From NCBI GenBank assembly GCA_963764545.1, contig CAVXSX010000003.1:10300-74299 (forward strand): DNA of 64,000 bases, given 5' to 3'. Numbering within the stretch: the stretch's first letter is position 1; each line of letters starts with the position of its first letter. This document shows positions 49,806-59,782 of the stretch, piece after piece. Source of the stretch: an uncultured Solirubrobacterales bacterium (GTDB taxonomy: Bacteria; Actinomycetota; Thermoleophilia; Solirubrobacterales; Solirubrobacteraceae). The notes beneath the pieces are model-generated. The model saw only the letters and a list, made by a program, of their open reading frames with translations. It had not been told where the DNA came from and did not search any database. Both the position numbers and the translations under genes were made by a program.

Positions 49806-50789
49806 ATGCTCGTCTCAGCCAACATCTTCCAGCCGCTGATCGACATCTTCGAGGCGGTCCTCAAGTTCTTCCACAACAACGTGGGGATCTCCTGGGGCTT
49901 CTCGATCGTGCTGCTCACCGTGGTCATGCGCGCGATCCTCGTGCCGCTGACCGTCAAGCAGTTCCACTCGATGCAGAACATGCAGCGGATGCAGCCTCAG
50001 CTCAAGGCGATTCAGGCCAGGTACAAGGAGGACAAGCAGCGCCAGCAGCAGGAGATGATGAAGTTCTACAAGGAGAACAACATCAACCCGCTGGGCTCCT
50101 GCCTGCCGCTGGTCGCGCAGCTGCCGGTGTTCATTTCGCTCTTCTACATGCTGCGCCAGGACCTGCGGAAGAACATCTGCCCGCAGATCCAGGACGCCTT
50201 CCAGCAGCACTACGCGACCGTTCATGGCGTCTCGGCCAAGGTGGCGGCGGGGCAGACCACTCCCTGTGGGCCGCACGGCGGCGCGGGCTTCCTGTTCATC
50301 CCTGATCTGACCAACAAGGCGACCGGTGTGGTGCTGGTCGTGCTGCTCGTGCTCTACGTCGGCTCGCAGCTCGCGTCCAGCCTGATGATGTCGAGCCCGA
50401 TGATGGACCCGAACCAGCGGAAGATGATGATGATCCTGCCGCTGTTCTTCGTGATCGTCGTGATCAACTTCCCAGCCGGTCTGCTCGTCTACTGGATCAC
50501 CACGAACCTGTGGACGATGGGCCAGCAATACGTGGTGCGGAGGATGATCGGGCCACCCACCCCACCCGTCGGCGGACCTCCGGATGCCGGAGGCGGCGGG
50601 GGGCCGAACGGAGGCGGCCCATCCGGCCCCAATGGCTCCGGCGGTGGCGGGATCAGCGAGCGCCTGCGTGAGCGGCTCAAGCCCCAACCCGAACCGGAGC
50701 CGGCCGCTGTGGGTGGCGCGTCGCGCAGAGGTGGCCCGCCTCCGCCGTCTCCGCGCAAGAAGAAGAAACGCTCCGGACGAAGGAGATAG
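49806..50789 (+). CDS. yidC: Membrane protein insertase YidC
   Basis: WGFSIVLLT, NPLGSCLP..AQLPVF, PAGLLVYW. Confidence 0.95.
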   Translation: MLVSANIFQPLIDIFEAVLKFFHNNVGISWGFSIVLLTVVMRAILVPLTVKQFHSMQNMQRMQPQLKAIQARYKEDKQRQQQEMMKFYKENNINPLGSCLPLVAQLPVFISLFYMLRQDLRKNICPQIQDAFQQHYATVHGVSAKVAAGQTTPCGPHGGAGFLFIPDLTNKATGVVLVVLLVLYVGSQLASSLMMSSPMMDPNQRKMMMILPLFFVIVVINFPAGLLVYWITTNLWTMGQQYVVRRMIGPPTPPVGGPPDAGGGGGPNGGGPSGPNGSGGGGISERLRERLKPQPEPEPAAVGGASRRGGPPPPSPRKKKKRSGRRR

Positions 50790-50792
50790 CGG

Positions 50793-51260
50793 ATGGCTGC
50801 CGAGGTCGACGAGGCTGGTTCACGCGTGCGCGAGCTGCTCGAGCGGGTCGTCGAGGCGGCCGGCATCGAGGCCACCATCCACGTCGAGGAGGACGCGGAC
50901 GAGGTGCGGGCCGAGGTCGAGGGCGAGGACCTCGGGCTGCTCATCGGCCGTCACGGACAGATGATCGACGCGATCCAGCACATCGCCTATCGCATCGCCT
51001 CGAAGGGCGCGACGAACCGTAAGCGCGTGGTCGTCGATGCTGCCGGCTACCGCGAGCGCCGGGCGGTGGCGCTGCGCGCCGCGGCCGACCAGGCCGCCGA
51101 GGCCGCCATCCACGACCAGCGGCCGATCCGGCTCGACGCGATGACCGCGCTCGAGCGCAAGGTCGTGCACGAGCACTTGAAGGGGCGCCACGACGTCGAG
51201 ACCTACAGCGAGGGCGAGGAGCCCGATCGCCGTCTGGTCGTCGCGCCCCTGGTGGGCTGA
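50793..51260 (+). CDS. jag: Jag/KhpB (KH plus R3H) RNA-binding protein
   Basis: LIGRHG, VDAAGYRERR, ERKVVH, SEGEEPDR. Confidence 0.92.
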   Translation: MAAEVDEAGSRVRELLERVVEAAGIEATIHVEEDADEVRAEVEGEDLGLLIGRHGQMIDAIQHIAYRIASKGATNRKRVVVDAAGYRERRAVALRAAADQAAEAAIHDQRPIRLDAMTALERKVVHEHLKGRHDVETYSEGEEPDRRLVVAPLVG

Positions 51261-51397
51261 GCACCTCTTCCTCCGCCTCTCTTCCTCCGCTCGCTACGCG
51301 TCAACACCCCTCCGTAGCGTCCAATGGACCCACGGGCGTGCGCACCCCAAGGCGCACCGGGAGCCTTTGCCACTTTGCATCAGCTTTGTCACGACTT

Positions 51398-51426
51398 TGT
51401 TTCACGTTCATCTCCCCGGTGAAACA
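51398..51426. promoter_or_regulatory. parS-derived inverted repeat with a 13-nt spacer
   Basis: TGTTTCAC-gttcatctccccg-GTGAAACA; both halves match the parS consensus TGTTTCAC/GTGAAACA. Confidence 0.6.
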
Positions 51427-51449
51427 ACCAGCCGTGTAGAACTCCGGCC

Positions 51450-51833
51450 GTGAGTGAGCTGTCGGACTTCGATGCCGGGGTATTTGTCGGCCTGTTGATC
51501 ACGGGCGCGTCGTTCGGCGGGGACGGGAAGCAGCCACAGGTGACGCTCCGGATGCACACTCGCCACGAGGCGCTGTTCGGCTGGCTTATGGACCGCTTCC
51601 CCGAGACCCGGCTGTACGGCCCCTACCACCATGGTGGTCGGTCCTACTACCAGTGGATGGCCCGGGGGACCGCGCTGGTCCGCGACGTTCTGCCGCTGCT
51701 CGAGGAGACCCTGCCCGGCGGGCCCGACGAGCCCGCGGCGGACCGGCTGGCCGAGATGGTCGGAAAGTACTCGGCGTACATCGGCAGGGAGCGCCGCCGG
51801 CTTGGACTGGCCGACGGAGGCAGCGACGCCTGA
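51450..51833 (+). CDS. Small LAGLIDADG-like protein, apparently catalytically degenerate
   Basis: FDAGVFVGLLITGASFG resembles the LAGLIDADG helix, followed by QVTLRM..HEALFGWL..F and YYQW beta elements. Confidence 0.55.
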   Translation: MSELSDFDAGVFVGLLITGASFGGDGKQPQVTLRMHTRHEALFGWLMDRFPETRLYGPYHHGGRSYYQWMARGTALVRDVLPLLEETLPGGPDEPAADRLAEMVGKYSAYIGRERRRLGLADGGSDA

Positions 51834-52546
51834 GCGACCGGCCGATCCCGCGTCGCGGATCGCCGTGCTGGCCGAGCGCTACGGGCTGCCGCGCGGCGCG
51901 GCGGGGCAGCTGACCGGGTTGCACCGCCTGCTGGTCGAGGACCCGCAGGCGCCGACCGCGGTCCGGGATCCCGGGAAGGTGATCGACGACCACCTGGCCG
52001 ACTCCCTGGTGGCCCTCGAGCTCGAGCCGGTGCGCACCGCCCGGGCGGTGGCAGATCTCGGAAGCGGCGCAGGGGTCCCCGGGCTTCCGCTGGCGATCGC
52101 GCTGCCGGACGCCCGGGTGGCGCTCGTGGAGAGCGCGGCACGCAAGTGCGCCTTCCTGGAGCGCGCGGTCACTGCGTGCGCGATCACCAACGCCCGCGTG
52201 GTCCACGCCCGTGCCGAGGCCTGGCCGGAAGGGTTGGACGCGTTCGATCTGGTCACCGCACGCGCCCTGGCGGCGCTCGAGCGTGGTCGCCGAGTACGCG
52301 GCGCCGCTGCTCGTTCTCGGCGGAACGCTCGTGGCGTGGCGGGGTCGACGTGACCCGGAGGCTGAGGATGCCGCCGCGCGGGCGGCCGCGGCGCTGGGCC
52401 TCAAACCCGCCGGAATCGTCCCGGTGCAGCCATATCCGGCGGCTGAGAGCCGTCACCTATACCTCATGTCGAAGGTTATGCCGACACCTTCAGGGTTTCC
52501 GCGCCGACCCGGCATGGCGCTCAAGCACCCGCTCGGGGCCGGATAG
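51830..52546 (+). CDS. rsmG: 16S rRNA m7G527 methyltransferase RsmG, frameshifted; start approximate
   Basis: HLADSL, DLGSGAGVPG, RAE, TARA, FPRRPG. Confidence 0.9.
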
Positions 52547-52603
52547 CAAGACCTCTTGCAGCGATGGGGATCTGACCGCCCCCGCCGGTAGCTTCACGGC
52601 TCG

Positions 52604-53362
52604 ATGGGCACCGTGTACGCAATCGCCAACCAGAAAGGCGGAGTCGGCAAGACGACGACCGCGGTGAACCTCGCAGCCTGCGTGGCCGAGGCCGGCTACG
52701 AGGCGCTGCTCCTCGACATCGACCCCCAGGCCAACGCGACGATCGGGCTGGGCATCGGCAAGGATGAGCCGGAGACGATCTACGACGTGCTGGTGGGCTC
52801 CACCCGGGTCGAGGACGCCGTGCGGCCGACGGGGATCGAGCGCCTGTCGCTCGTCCCGGCCGGCCCCGATCTGGCCGGCGCCAACGTCGAGCTGCCCCGC
52901 ATCGCCGGCTCGGAGACTCGCCTGCGCGAGGCGCTCACCGGCATCCGCGAGCGCTACGCGTTCGTCCTGCTCGACTGCCCGCCGTCGCTCGGGCCGCTGA
53001 CCGTCAACGCGCTGGTGGCCGCCGATCGCGTGATCGTGCCGGTTCAGGCCGAGTACTTCGCGCTGGAGGGCCTCGCCGGCCTGCTCGACACGCTGTCGCT
53101 CGTCCAGCGCGAACTGAATCCATGGCTTACTGTGGCCGGAATGCTCCTGACCATGCACGACGGCCGCACCCGCCTGGCCCAGGACGTCGAACGGGAGGTG
53201 CGCCAGCACTTCCCCGAGCTAGTTTTCGACACGGTCATCCCCCGTAACGTCCGCATCGGCGAGGCGCCGAGCTTCGGCCAGCCGGTGATCCACCACGATC
53301 CGCATTGCGCCGGCGCCGATGCCTACTTCGAACTGGCCAAGGAGGTGGCCGCGCGTGGCTGA
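52604..53362 (+). CDS. parA: Chromosome partitioning ATPase ParA/Soj
   Basis: NQKGGVGKTTT, DIDPQAN, DCPPSLG, EYFALEG, EAPSFG. Confidence 0.96.
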   Translation: MGTVYAIANQKGGVGKTTTAVNLAACVAEAGYEALLLDIDPQANATIGLGIGKDEPETIYDVLVGSTRVEDAVRPTGIERLSLVPAGPDLAGANVELPRIAGSETRLREALTGIRERYAFVLLDCPPSLGPLTVNALVAADRVIVPVQAEYFALEGLAGLLDTLSLVQRELNPWLTVAGMLLTMHDGRTRLAQDVEREVRQHFPELVFDTVIPRNVRIGEAPSFGQPVIHHDPHCAGADAYFELAKEVAARG

Positions 53363-54236
53363 GAAACCGAAGGGAATGGGGCGCGGCCTGGCCGCGATCC
53401 TGTCGGTAGCACCCCGGGACGAGCTCCAGGAGCTCCGACCGATCCCGATCGACATGATCGATCGCAGCACCAAGCAGCCGCGCCACAACTTCGATGAGGA
53501 TTCGCTGCTCGCCCTGGCCGGCTCGATCCGCGCCAGCGGCGTCCTCCAGCCCGTTCTCGTCCGGCCGCTTCCCAACGGCCGCTATGAGCTGATCGCCGGC
53601 GAGCGTCGCTGGCGGGCCTCGCGCCTGGCCGAGCTCGAGTCGATTCCGGCCATCGTCCGCCGGCACGACGACGCTGCCTCGCTCGAGCTCGCGCTGGTCG
53701 AGAACATGGCCCGCGAGGATCTGAACCCGGTCGAAGAGGCCCGCGCCTGCGCGGCGCTGGTCGAGGAGCTCAGTCTGACCCGTGAGGAGGTCGGCCTGCG
53801 CGTCGGCCGTGGCCGCGTCGCGGTGTCGAACCTGATCCGCCTGCTCGACCTGCCCGACGAGGTACTCGAGCTGCTCGAGCGCCGCGACTTGACCGAGGGC
53901 CACGGCCGGGCCCTGCTGCTCGCCGAGGACAATGCCGCCCGCCGGTCGCTGGCCCGCGATGCCGTGCGCCAGCGCTGGTCGGTCCGCGAGCTCGAGTCGC
54001 GCGCCCGTGCGGCGGGCAGCCCAGCCGGCCGGCGCCGCCCGCGCAGTACACCCGCGCTCCATCCCGACCAGGCCGCGGCCATCGAGCTGATTGGCGACGC
54101 GCTGAGCGCCGCCCTCGGCCGCGACGTCGATGTGGCGCCCGCAAGAGCCGCCGGCTACCGGGTCCAGATCAGCTTCGAGTCGCTCGACGACGCGCTCGAC
54201 GTCGCCCGGCGCCTGCGCGTCCGCGCCGTCTCCTAG
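53355..54236 (+). CDS. parB: Chromosome partitioning protein ParB
   Basis: GMGRGLAAI, QPR, GVLQP, IAGERRWRA, LVENMARE, HTH, GHGRALL. Confidence 0.96.
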   Translation: MAEKPKGMGRGLAAILSVAPRDELQELRPIPIDMIDRSTKQPRHNFDEDSLLALAGSIRASGVLQPVLVRPLPNGRYELIAGERRWRASRLAELESIPAIVRRHDDAASLELALVENMAREDLNPVEEARACAALVEELSLTREEVGLRVGRGRVAVSNLIRLLDLPDEVLELLERRDLTEGHGRALLLAEDNAARRSLARDAVRQRWSVRELESRARAAGSPAGRRRPRSTPALHPDQAAAIELIGDALSAALGRDVDVAPARAAGYRVQISFESLDDALDVARRLRVRAVS

Positions 54237-54274
54237 CGCACCCCGACGGCGGGGTTAGAATCCGTCCTCACGCC

Positions 54275-54348
<74 letters not shown>

Positions 54349-54515
54349 CTCCGCCCCTCGTCCCTGGCGCCGGGACTTGGGCCGCTCCGGCGTCCGTCGA
54401 TCGCGGCGGGAGCCTCCGCGTTGCCGCAACGGTCCGTAATCTCGGACGCAGCACCGCCGCGGAGGCGCGCATCCGCTATCGGCTGACCGCGGGCACCGGC
54501 CGCAAGGCCATCACC

Positions 54516-56702
54516 GTGTCGCTGGTCGTGCGCGGGTCGACGAGCCTGCCCACGGTGCGCAGCGACAAGACCGTGCGCGTGACCCGCACGGCCACCGTTC
54601 CCCGTAGCGCCCGCCTCGGGAGCTACCGCCTGCAGGTGTGCGTCGCCGCCCGGCGCATCGCCGCCTGGGCCTGCGCCAGCGGCGGCTACGTCCGGGTCGC
54701 TGCGCCGGCACCGAAGCCGACCACCAAACCGGTCCCGCCCGCGCCGCCGGCCGCCTCGTCGCCGGCTCCCAGTGGCGGTCAGGCCGCCCCGCCGGTGGTG
54801 GCGGGCGACGGTTCGTCGCCCCCTCCGACCGTCACCACCAGCGATCGGGAGCCTCTGGCGTCCTTCTCCGACATCTGGCAACCGCTGAATGTCGATGAGG
54901 GGGACGTGCTGGGCGACGCCCTGACCATCTGCCCGCCGCTGGCGGCCGTGGCCCCCACCACCCCTGCGGCCGCGATGGCCACGCTCGAGCAGGTGGTGTC
55001 AAGCGCGGCGGCGCCGGGCGCGATGACCGCGCTGGACACCGACCCGGCCTACGCCGATGCGCGGGATGCCACGAAGGCCGCCGCCGCCGCCTTCCTCACC
55101 GGCCATCCCGGCGCCGCCCTGGCCGCGACCCTGCGCGCCGCGCAACTGGCGCCGAGCGACCCGATTCGCCTCCTCAATCTGGCGACGCTGGCCACCGACG
55201 CCGGCTATCCCAACGAGGGCCTGGCGCTGGCGCAGGACGCCGCCAGCCAGTCGCTGCCGACGAGTGCCCCGATGGGCCTGGACCCGCACGGACTGGTGGC
55301 GCTCGCCGAGGCCCAGGCCGACATCGGGCTGGCCCAGTGGGATGCCGCCGAGGCGGAGGCCACCGCGGCGGAGACGGATGAGCCGGACATCACGCCCGAG
55401 GCGGCCGGCGTGCTGGCGGCCGTGGCCGAGTGCCGCGACCAGGACCTCTCGAAGGCCACGCTCCTCGTCGCCCGCAGCGAGGTCCGGACCCAGCCCACGG
55501 GCGATCTCGTCCTGGGAGGCGACCCGACGTCGTTCCCGTTCCTGGACCTGTCACAGGGACAAGCCGAGCACCTGATGTCGATCGACATTCCGGCGACGCC
55601 CCAGCAGGCGGAGGCGAACGACACGTACTACGGCCAGCAGGTCACCGAGCTCCAGACCGAGCACAGCCAGCTGTCGTCAGAGGCCAACGCCGACTCCACC
55701 GCCGGGAACGCGGCGCTGTCCACGGAGGAGCCGGCGGCGCGGCGGAAGACCCTGGGCCTGATCCACCAGATCGCGTACACGGACCAGATCAGCGACTTCG
55801 CCGCCGAGCTGACCGAGGCCACGCAGGCGTCGGACGACGCCGAGGGCTTGGTCACTCAGGCGACTACCGATTTGTACAACTGGGGAAACGTGGCGCTGGC
55901 GGACTGCAAGGACAGCAGCAACACGGACACGTGCGTGGCGGCTGACCTCCAGAGCCAGTGCGGCCCCGGGCTGACCAGCCTCCATGCCGAGTGGCTGCAA
56001 GACATGCAGCGGTCCTACAAGTACGCCGACGCCTACAACGCCGATGTCTCGGAGCGCCAGTCGGCCCTGGGTGCGTTCCTGACCAACGGCGATCTGCACG
56101 ACTGGGTGCAGACGACGATCGACGCCAACGAACGGACACTGGCGGGCACCACCTACAGCGCCCTGAAGCAGTGGGGCAGCCTGATGTCGGGCTGGGACGC
56201 CCTACCGGGCTCGTACGTGCCGGGCTCGACGTGCCTGGGAGCACCGGTGGCCCCCGAGTCGCCCGACCCGGCGTCCCCGACCGCCTCCGATCCGGGCAAG
56301 TGTCCCCCGGCGCTCAAGAACGCGGCCCTGTCGCTCCCGCTGGCCGATAACGAGATCGAGGGGTGGTCGGTGGGGCTCAACGTCACGTGCGACACCCTTG
56401 GTGTGCAGGGATCGATCAGCGCGGCGCCCGGCCTCTCCGGATTCGCGACGCTGGACCAGAACTTCCGGGACGGCAGCGCGGAGCTCGTCATCGGCGCCAA
56501 GGGCCAGATCGGCGCCGGCCCGGTTCAGGACAACTTCCAGTCCGGCATTTACGTCAAGGTCGGCGCTGACGGCACGATCCAGGACATCGGCTGGCGCGTC
56601 GGTCCGTCGGCCGGGACGAACGGCCTCGTCCAGTACGGCGACGACGGCACCATGGACATCAGCTTCCTAAACGGCGTCAGCTGGGGCCTTGCGGACCAAT
56701 GA
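54516..56702 (+). CDS. Large extracellular-type protein (Ig/CARDB-like, Pro linker, TPR-like helices, Gly-rich beta C-terminus); may be 5'-truncated
   Basis: 728-aa ORF; frame stays open upstream to 54285 without a start codon. Confidence 0.65.
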   Translation: MSLVVRGSTSLPTVRSDKTVRVTRTATVPRSARLGSYRLQVCVAARRIAAWACASGGYVRVAAPAPKPTTKPVPPAPPAASSPAPSGGQAAPPVVAGDGSSPPPTVTTSDREPLASFSDIWQPLNVDEGDVLGDALTICPPLAAVAPTTPAAAMATLEQVVSSAAAPGAMTALDTDPAYADARDATKAAAAAFLTGHPGAALAATLRAAQLAPSDPIRLLNLATLATDAGYPNEGLALAQDAASQSLPTSAPMGLDPHGLVALAEAQADIGLAQWDAAEAEATAAETDEPDITPEAAGVLAAVAECRDQDLSKATLLVARSEVRTQPTGDLVLGGDPTSFPFLDLSQGQAEHLMSIDIPATPQQAEANDTYYGQQVTELQTEHSQLSSEANADSTAGNAALSTEEPAARRKTLGLIHQIAYTDQISDFAAELTEATQASDDAEGLVTQATTDLYNWGNVALADCKDSSNTDTCVAADLQSQCGPGLTSLHAEWLQDMQRSYKYADAYNADVSERQSALGAFLTNGDLHDWVQTTIDANERTLAGTTYSALKQWGSLMSGWDALPGSYVPGSTCLGAPVAPESPDPASPTASDPGKCPPALKNAALSLPLADNEIEGWSVGLNVTCDTLGVQGSISAAPGLSGFATLDQNFRDGSAELVIGAKGQIGAGPVQDNFQSGIYVKVGADGTIQDIGWRVGPSAGTNGLVQYGDDGTMDISFLNGVSWGLADQ

Positions 56703-56879
56703 GCCGCCCGCTAGCGACGCCGACCTCTTCGGCACCGACCAGACGCCGCCGGCCACCGTCACCGTGTCCACCCCCTACGCGTGGACAGTCGCCGCACGAC
56801 TTGCCGGCGCGCAAGCGCCTGGGTCACGTCGGAGTCTACGGCTGAGAACGCGACGGGCGGCGGCTGAATCCACCCAGGA

Positions 56880-56897
56880 ATCAACCCTGGGGTTGAT
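56880..56897. promoter_or_regulatory. Palindromic operator candidate
   Basis: ATCAACCC-TG-GGGTTGAT, preceded by the related AATCCACCCAGG. Confidence 0.45.
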
Positions 56898-56959
56898 GAC
56901 AGCGTGTGCCTCGCGTCGTACGCTGCGCGGCGCATCCATCCTGAACCCGCGGGACTGAA

Positions 56960-57502
56960 ATGCGCACACTGCAAGCCGCCATCACCGTCGCCTGGATCGT
57001 CTTCTGGATCTACTGGCTGATGTCGGCGTTCGGCGCCAAGCAGGGCAGCGGGGGCGCCCGGCGGATCCCGCTCAACGGCTTCACCGCGATCGCCGTGTTC
57101 ATCCTGGTCCGTGTGCTGCGGAGCGGCAGTCTGGTGGTCCACAGCCCCGTGCTCGGTGCGATCGGAGCGGTCGTGTTCGTGTCGGGTCTCGCCTTGGCGG
57201 TCTGGGCTCGCATTTATCTCGGACGGAACTGGGGCATGCCGATGACCCAGAAGGCCGAGCCCGAGCTGGTCACCTCGGGGCCTTACCGGTTCGTCCGTCA
57301 CCCGATCTACTCGGGCCTGCTGCTCGGGGTCGTCGGAACCGCGCTGGCCACCAACTACCTTGGCCTGATCATCGCCTTGGTCATCGCGGGCTACTTCTAC
57401 TACTGCGCGTCGGTGGAAGAGAAGAACCTGGTCGCGACCTTCCCCGCCGCGTACCCGGCCTACCGGCTCGGCACGAAGATGATCATCCCCTTCGTGCTCT
57501 GA
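56960..57502 (+). CDS. Isoprenylcysteine carboxyl methyltransferase (ICMT/PEMT) family membrane protein
   Basis: LGRNW, LVTSGPYRFVRHPIYSG, EEKNL..F..Y..Y. Confidence 0.9.
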   Translation: MRTLQAAITVAWIVFWIYWLMSAFGAKQGSGGARRIPLNGFTAIAVFILVRVLRSGSLVVHSPVLGAIGAVVFVSGLALAVWARIYLGRNWGMPMTQKAEPELVTSGPYRFVRHPIYSGLLLGVVGTALATNYLGLIIALVIAGYFYYCASVEEKNLVATFPAAYPAYRLGTKMIIPFVL

Positions 57503-57615
57503 GCGCCCTCTGGCCCCGCCCCCGAGCCAGCTCCAGGCCTGCCGTCCGGCGGGCCTGGTTGCATGTCGGGCCATACAGTGGAAAGATATCCAATGAATGA
57601 AGACAAGGCCAATAA

Positions 57616-58218
57616 ATGAAGCGCGGGGCGTCCGATCGACTGAACGCGGTACATCGGGCGCTGGCCGACCCGCTGCGGATTCGCCTCTACGAGCTACTCG
57701 TGCTCCAACCGCGGTCCGCCAAGGAATTGGCTAGCCACCTGGTCATGCGTCCCGACCGTCTCTACCACCATCTGGACCAGCTCGAGGCGGGCGGGCTGAT
57801 CGAGATCGCCGAGTACCGGCGACTGCCGCGTGGCAAGGTCGAGCGCGTCTACGCTCCCGCCGCGGTCGAGCCGCCGACGGACACGCCCACGCCCGCGGAC
57901 GTCGCGCTGCTGCTGGGGGCTGCGCTCGAGACGACCCGGGCCGACGTCAACGCCGCAACGCTTGCCCAGGAGGCCGGAGAGAACCGCCAGGTCGCACTGA
58001 CCCGCACGGCCGTCCACCTCAACAAGCGCCACCTCGACGAGCTGAAGGCGGCAATCGACGAGCTGCTCTCGAGCGCCCGGGACCAACCCGACGCCGACGG
58101 GGTGTGGACCACGGTGCTGTGGGCGAGTGTCGACCGGCAGGACCGCCGGACGGCGCGGTCACGCAGCCAACGCGCACGCAACCGCACCACGCAAGACCGG
58201 CCACGCGGGAGGAGGTGA
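57616..58218 (+). CDS. ArsR-like winged HTH transcriptional regulator
   Basis: ALADPLRIRLYELL, LYHHLDQLEAGGLI, ERVY. Confidence 0.82.
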   Translation: MKRGASDRLNAVHRALADPLRIRLYELLVLQPRSAKELASHLVMRPDRLYHHLDQLEAGGLIEIAEYRRLPRGKVERVYAPAAVEPPTDTPTPADVALLLGAALETTRADVNAATLAQEAGENRQVALTRTAVHLNKRHLDELKAAIDELLSSARDQPDADGVWTTVLWASVDRQDRRTARSRSQRARNRTTQDRPRGRR

Positions 58219-58364
58219 GATCAAGTGGCAGCGAACCAGAACTGGGGACCAGGCAGAGGCGGATTTCTACGGGTCCTCGGGATCGTCTACCTGATCAGGC
58301 TGATCCGCCAGCGCCGAGAGCAGCGCCGCCAAGCGCGGGGGTGAGAGCCTGTCATGCTGGCGGC

Positions 58365-59294
58365 ATGACGGCGATCATCCTCGACTGCGATCCCGGTCAC
58401 GACGACGCGATCGCGCTGTTGCTCGCACTCGGCAGCCCCGAGGTCAATCTGCTCGGTGTGACCACGGTGTCGGGCAACCAGACGCTCGAGAAGACCACCG
58501 CGAACGCGATTCGCGTGCTCGACCACGTGAACCGCAAGGACATCCCGGTGGCCGCGGGGGCGTCCCGGCCGCTGGTCCGCGAGCGGCGTACCGCCGGCGA
58601 GGTTCACGGCGAGACCGGGCTGGACGGGCCGGACCTCCCGCCGCCCTCACGCGAGCCCGAGCCGCTGCACGCGATCGACTGGATCGCGCAAGCCGTCGCC
58701 GCCCGCGCGGAACGCCCGTCACGCTGGTACCCACCGGGCCCCTGACCAACATCGCCCTGTTCCTGGCCCGCTACCCGGAGCTCGAGTCGCGGATCGAGCG
58801 CATCGTGCTGATGGGCGGCGCGATCGGCGAGGGCAACACCACGCCGTCGGCCGAGTTCAACATCTGGGTCGATCCCGAGGCGGCGCACCGGGTCTTCCAC
58901 AGCGGGATCGATGTGACGATGGTCGGCCTCGACGTCACCCACCAGGCGCTGATGACCCCGCGCTCACGCCGGCCGGCTGGCCGCCGCCGGCAAGGCCGGC
59001 AAGCTCGTCGCCGACCTGTATTCCTTCTACTCGCGCTTTCACGCGCGCCGCTACGGTTGGGATGGCGCGCCGGTGCACGACGCGGTCGCCATGGGGCACT
59101 GATCGACGGCACGCTGCTGACCACGCGCCACTGCGGCGTGGAGGTCGATACCGGTCCGGCGCTCTCCCGCGGCCGCACCCATGTCGACGTTGACGCAACC
59201 ATGGGCTGGGAGCCGAACTGCTCACGCCGCGGTCGGCATCGAGGCAGAGCGTTTCCTCGAGATGCTGATCACCCGCATCAGCGGGCTGGGCTGA
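58365..59294 (+). CDS. Nucleoside hydrolase (RihA-like), frameshifted
   Basis: [36 protein letters not shown]. Confidence 0.92.
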
Positions 59295-59300
59295 ACGCGC

Positions 59301-59708
59301 TTAGGAGCTGCCCGCCGCCGGACCCCGGACGTGCACCGGGTTGCCGTCCGGGTCCTCGACGTAGGCCACCCGTTCGCCCCAGGGCTGATCGGCCGGCTCG
59401 GCCAGAACCACGACACCGGCGCCGCGCAGCCCGTCGGTGAACTCGTCGACGTCCGGCACCCGGACGCACAGCTCGAACGGGCGTCCGGTCACCGGGCGTT
59501 GCGGCTTTCCGTGAATGCCCGGGAAGTCGGCGCTGCTCAGGCCGAGCTTTCCGTCCTCGAGCTCGAGCGCGACGTAGCCCGGTTCGTCGGAGTCGGGGAA
59601 CCGGTAGGTCTCCTGGAAGCCGAGAAGGTCACGGTAGAAGTGCACTGAGGCCGGCACGTCGTCGACATAGACGATCGGAAACGAAGACAGGATCGCCACC
59701 GGCCGCAC
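59301..59708 (-). CDS. VOC/glyoxalase family protein
   Basis: [23 protein letters not shown]. Confidence 0.88.
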   Translation of the reverse strand: MRPVAILSSFPIVYVDDVPASVHFYRDLLGFQETYRFPDSDEPGYVALELEDGKLGLSSADFPGIHGKPQRPVTGRPFELCVRVPDVDEFTDGLRGAGVVVLAEPADQPWGERVAYVEDPDGNPVHVRGPAAGSS

Positions 59709-59782
59709 CTTAGCGCTCCCAGCCTCGGCGCTAGCGTGTCCGCCGATCAGAGAAACAGACGAAACAGGAGGCGGAAGGCAAC

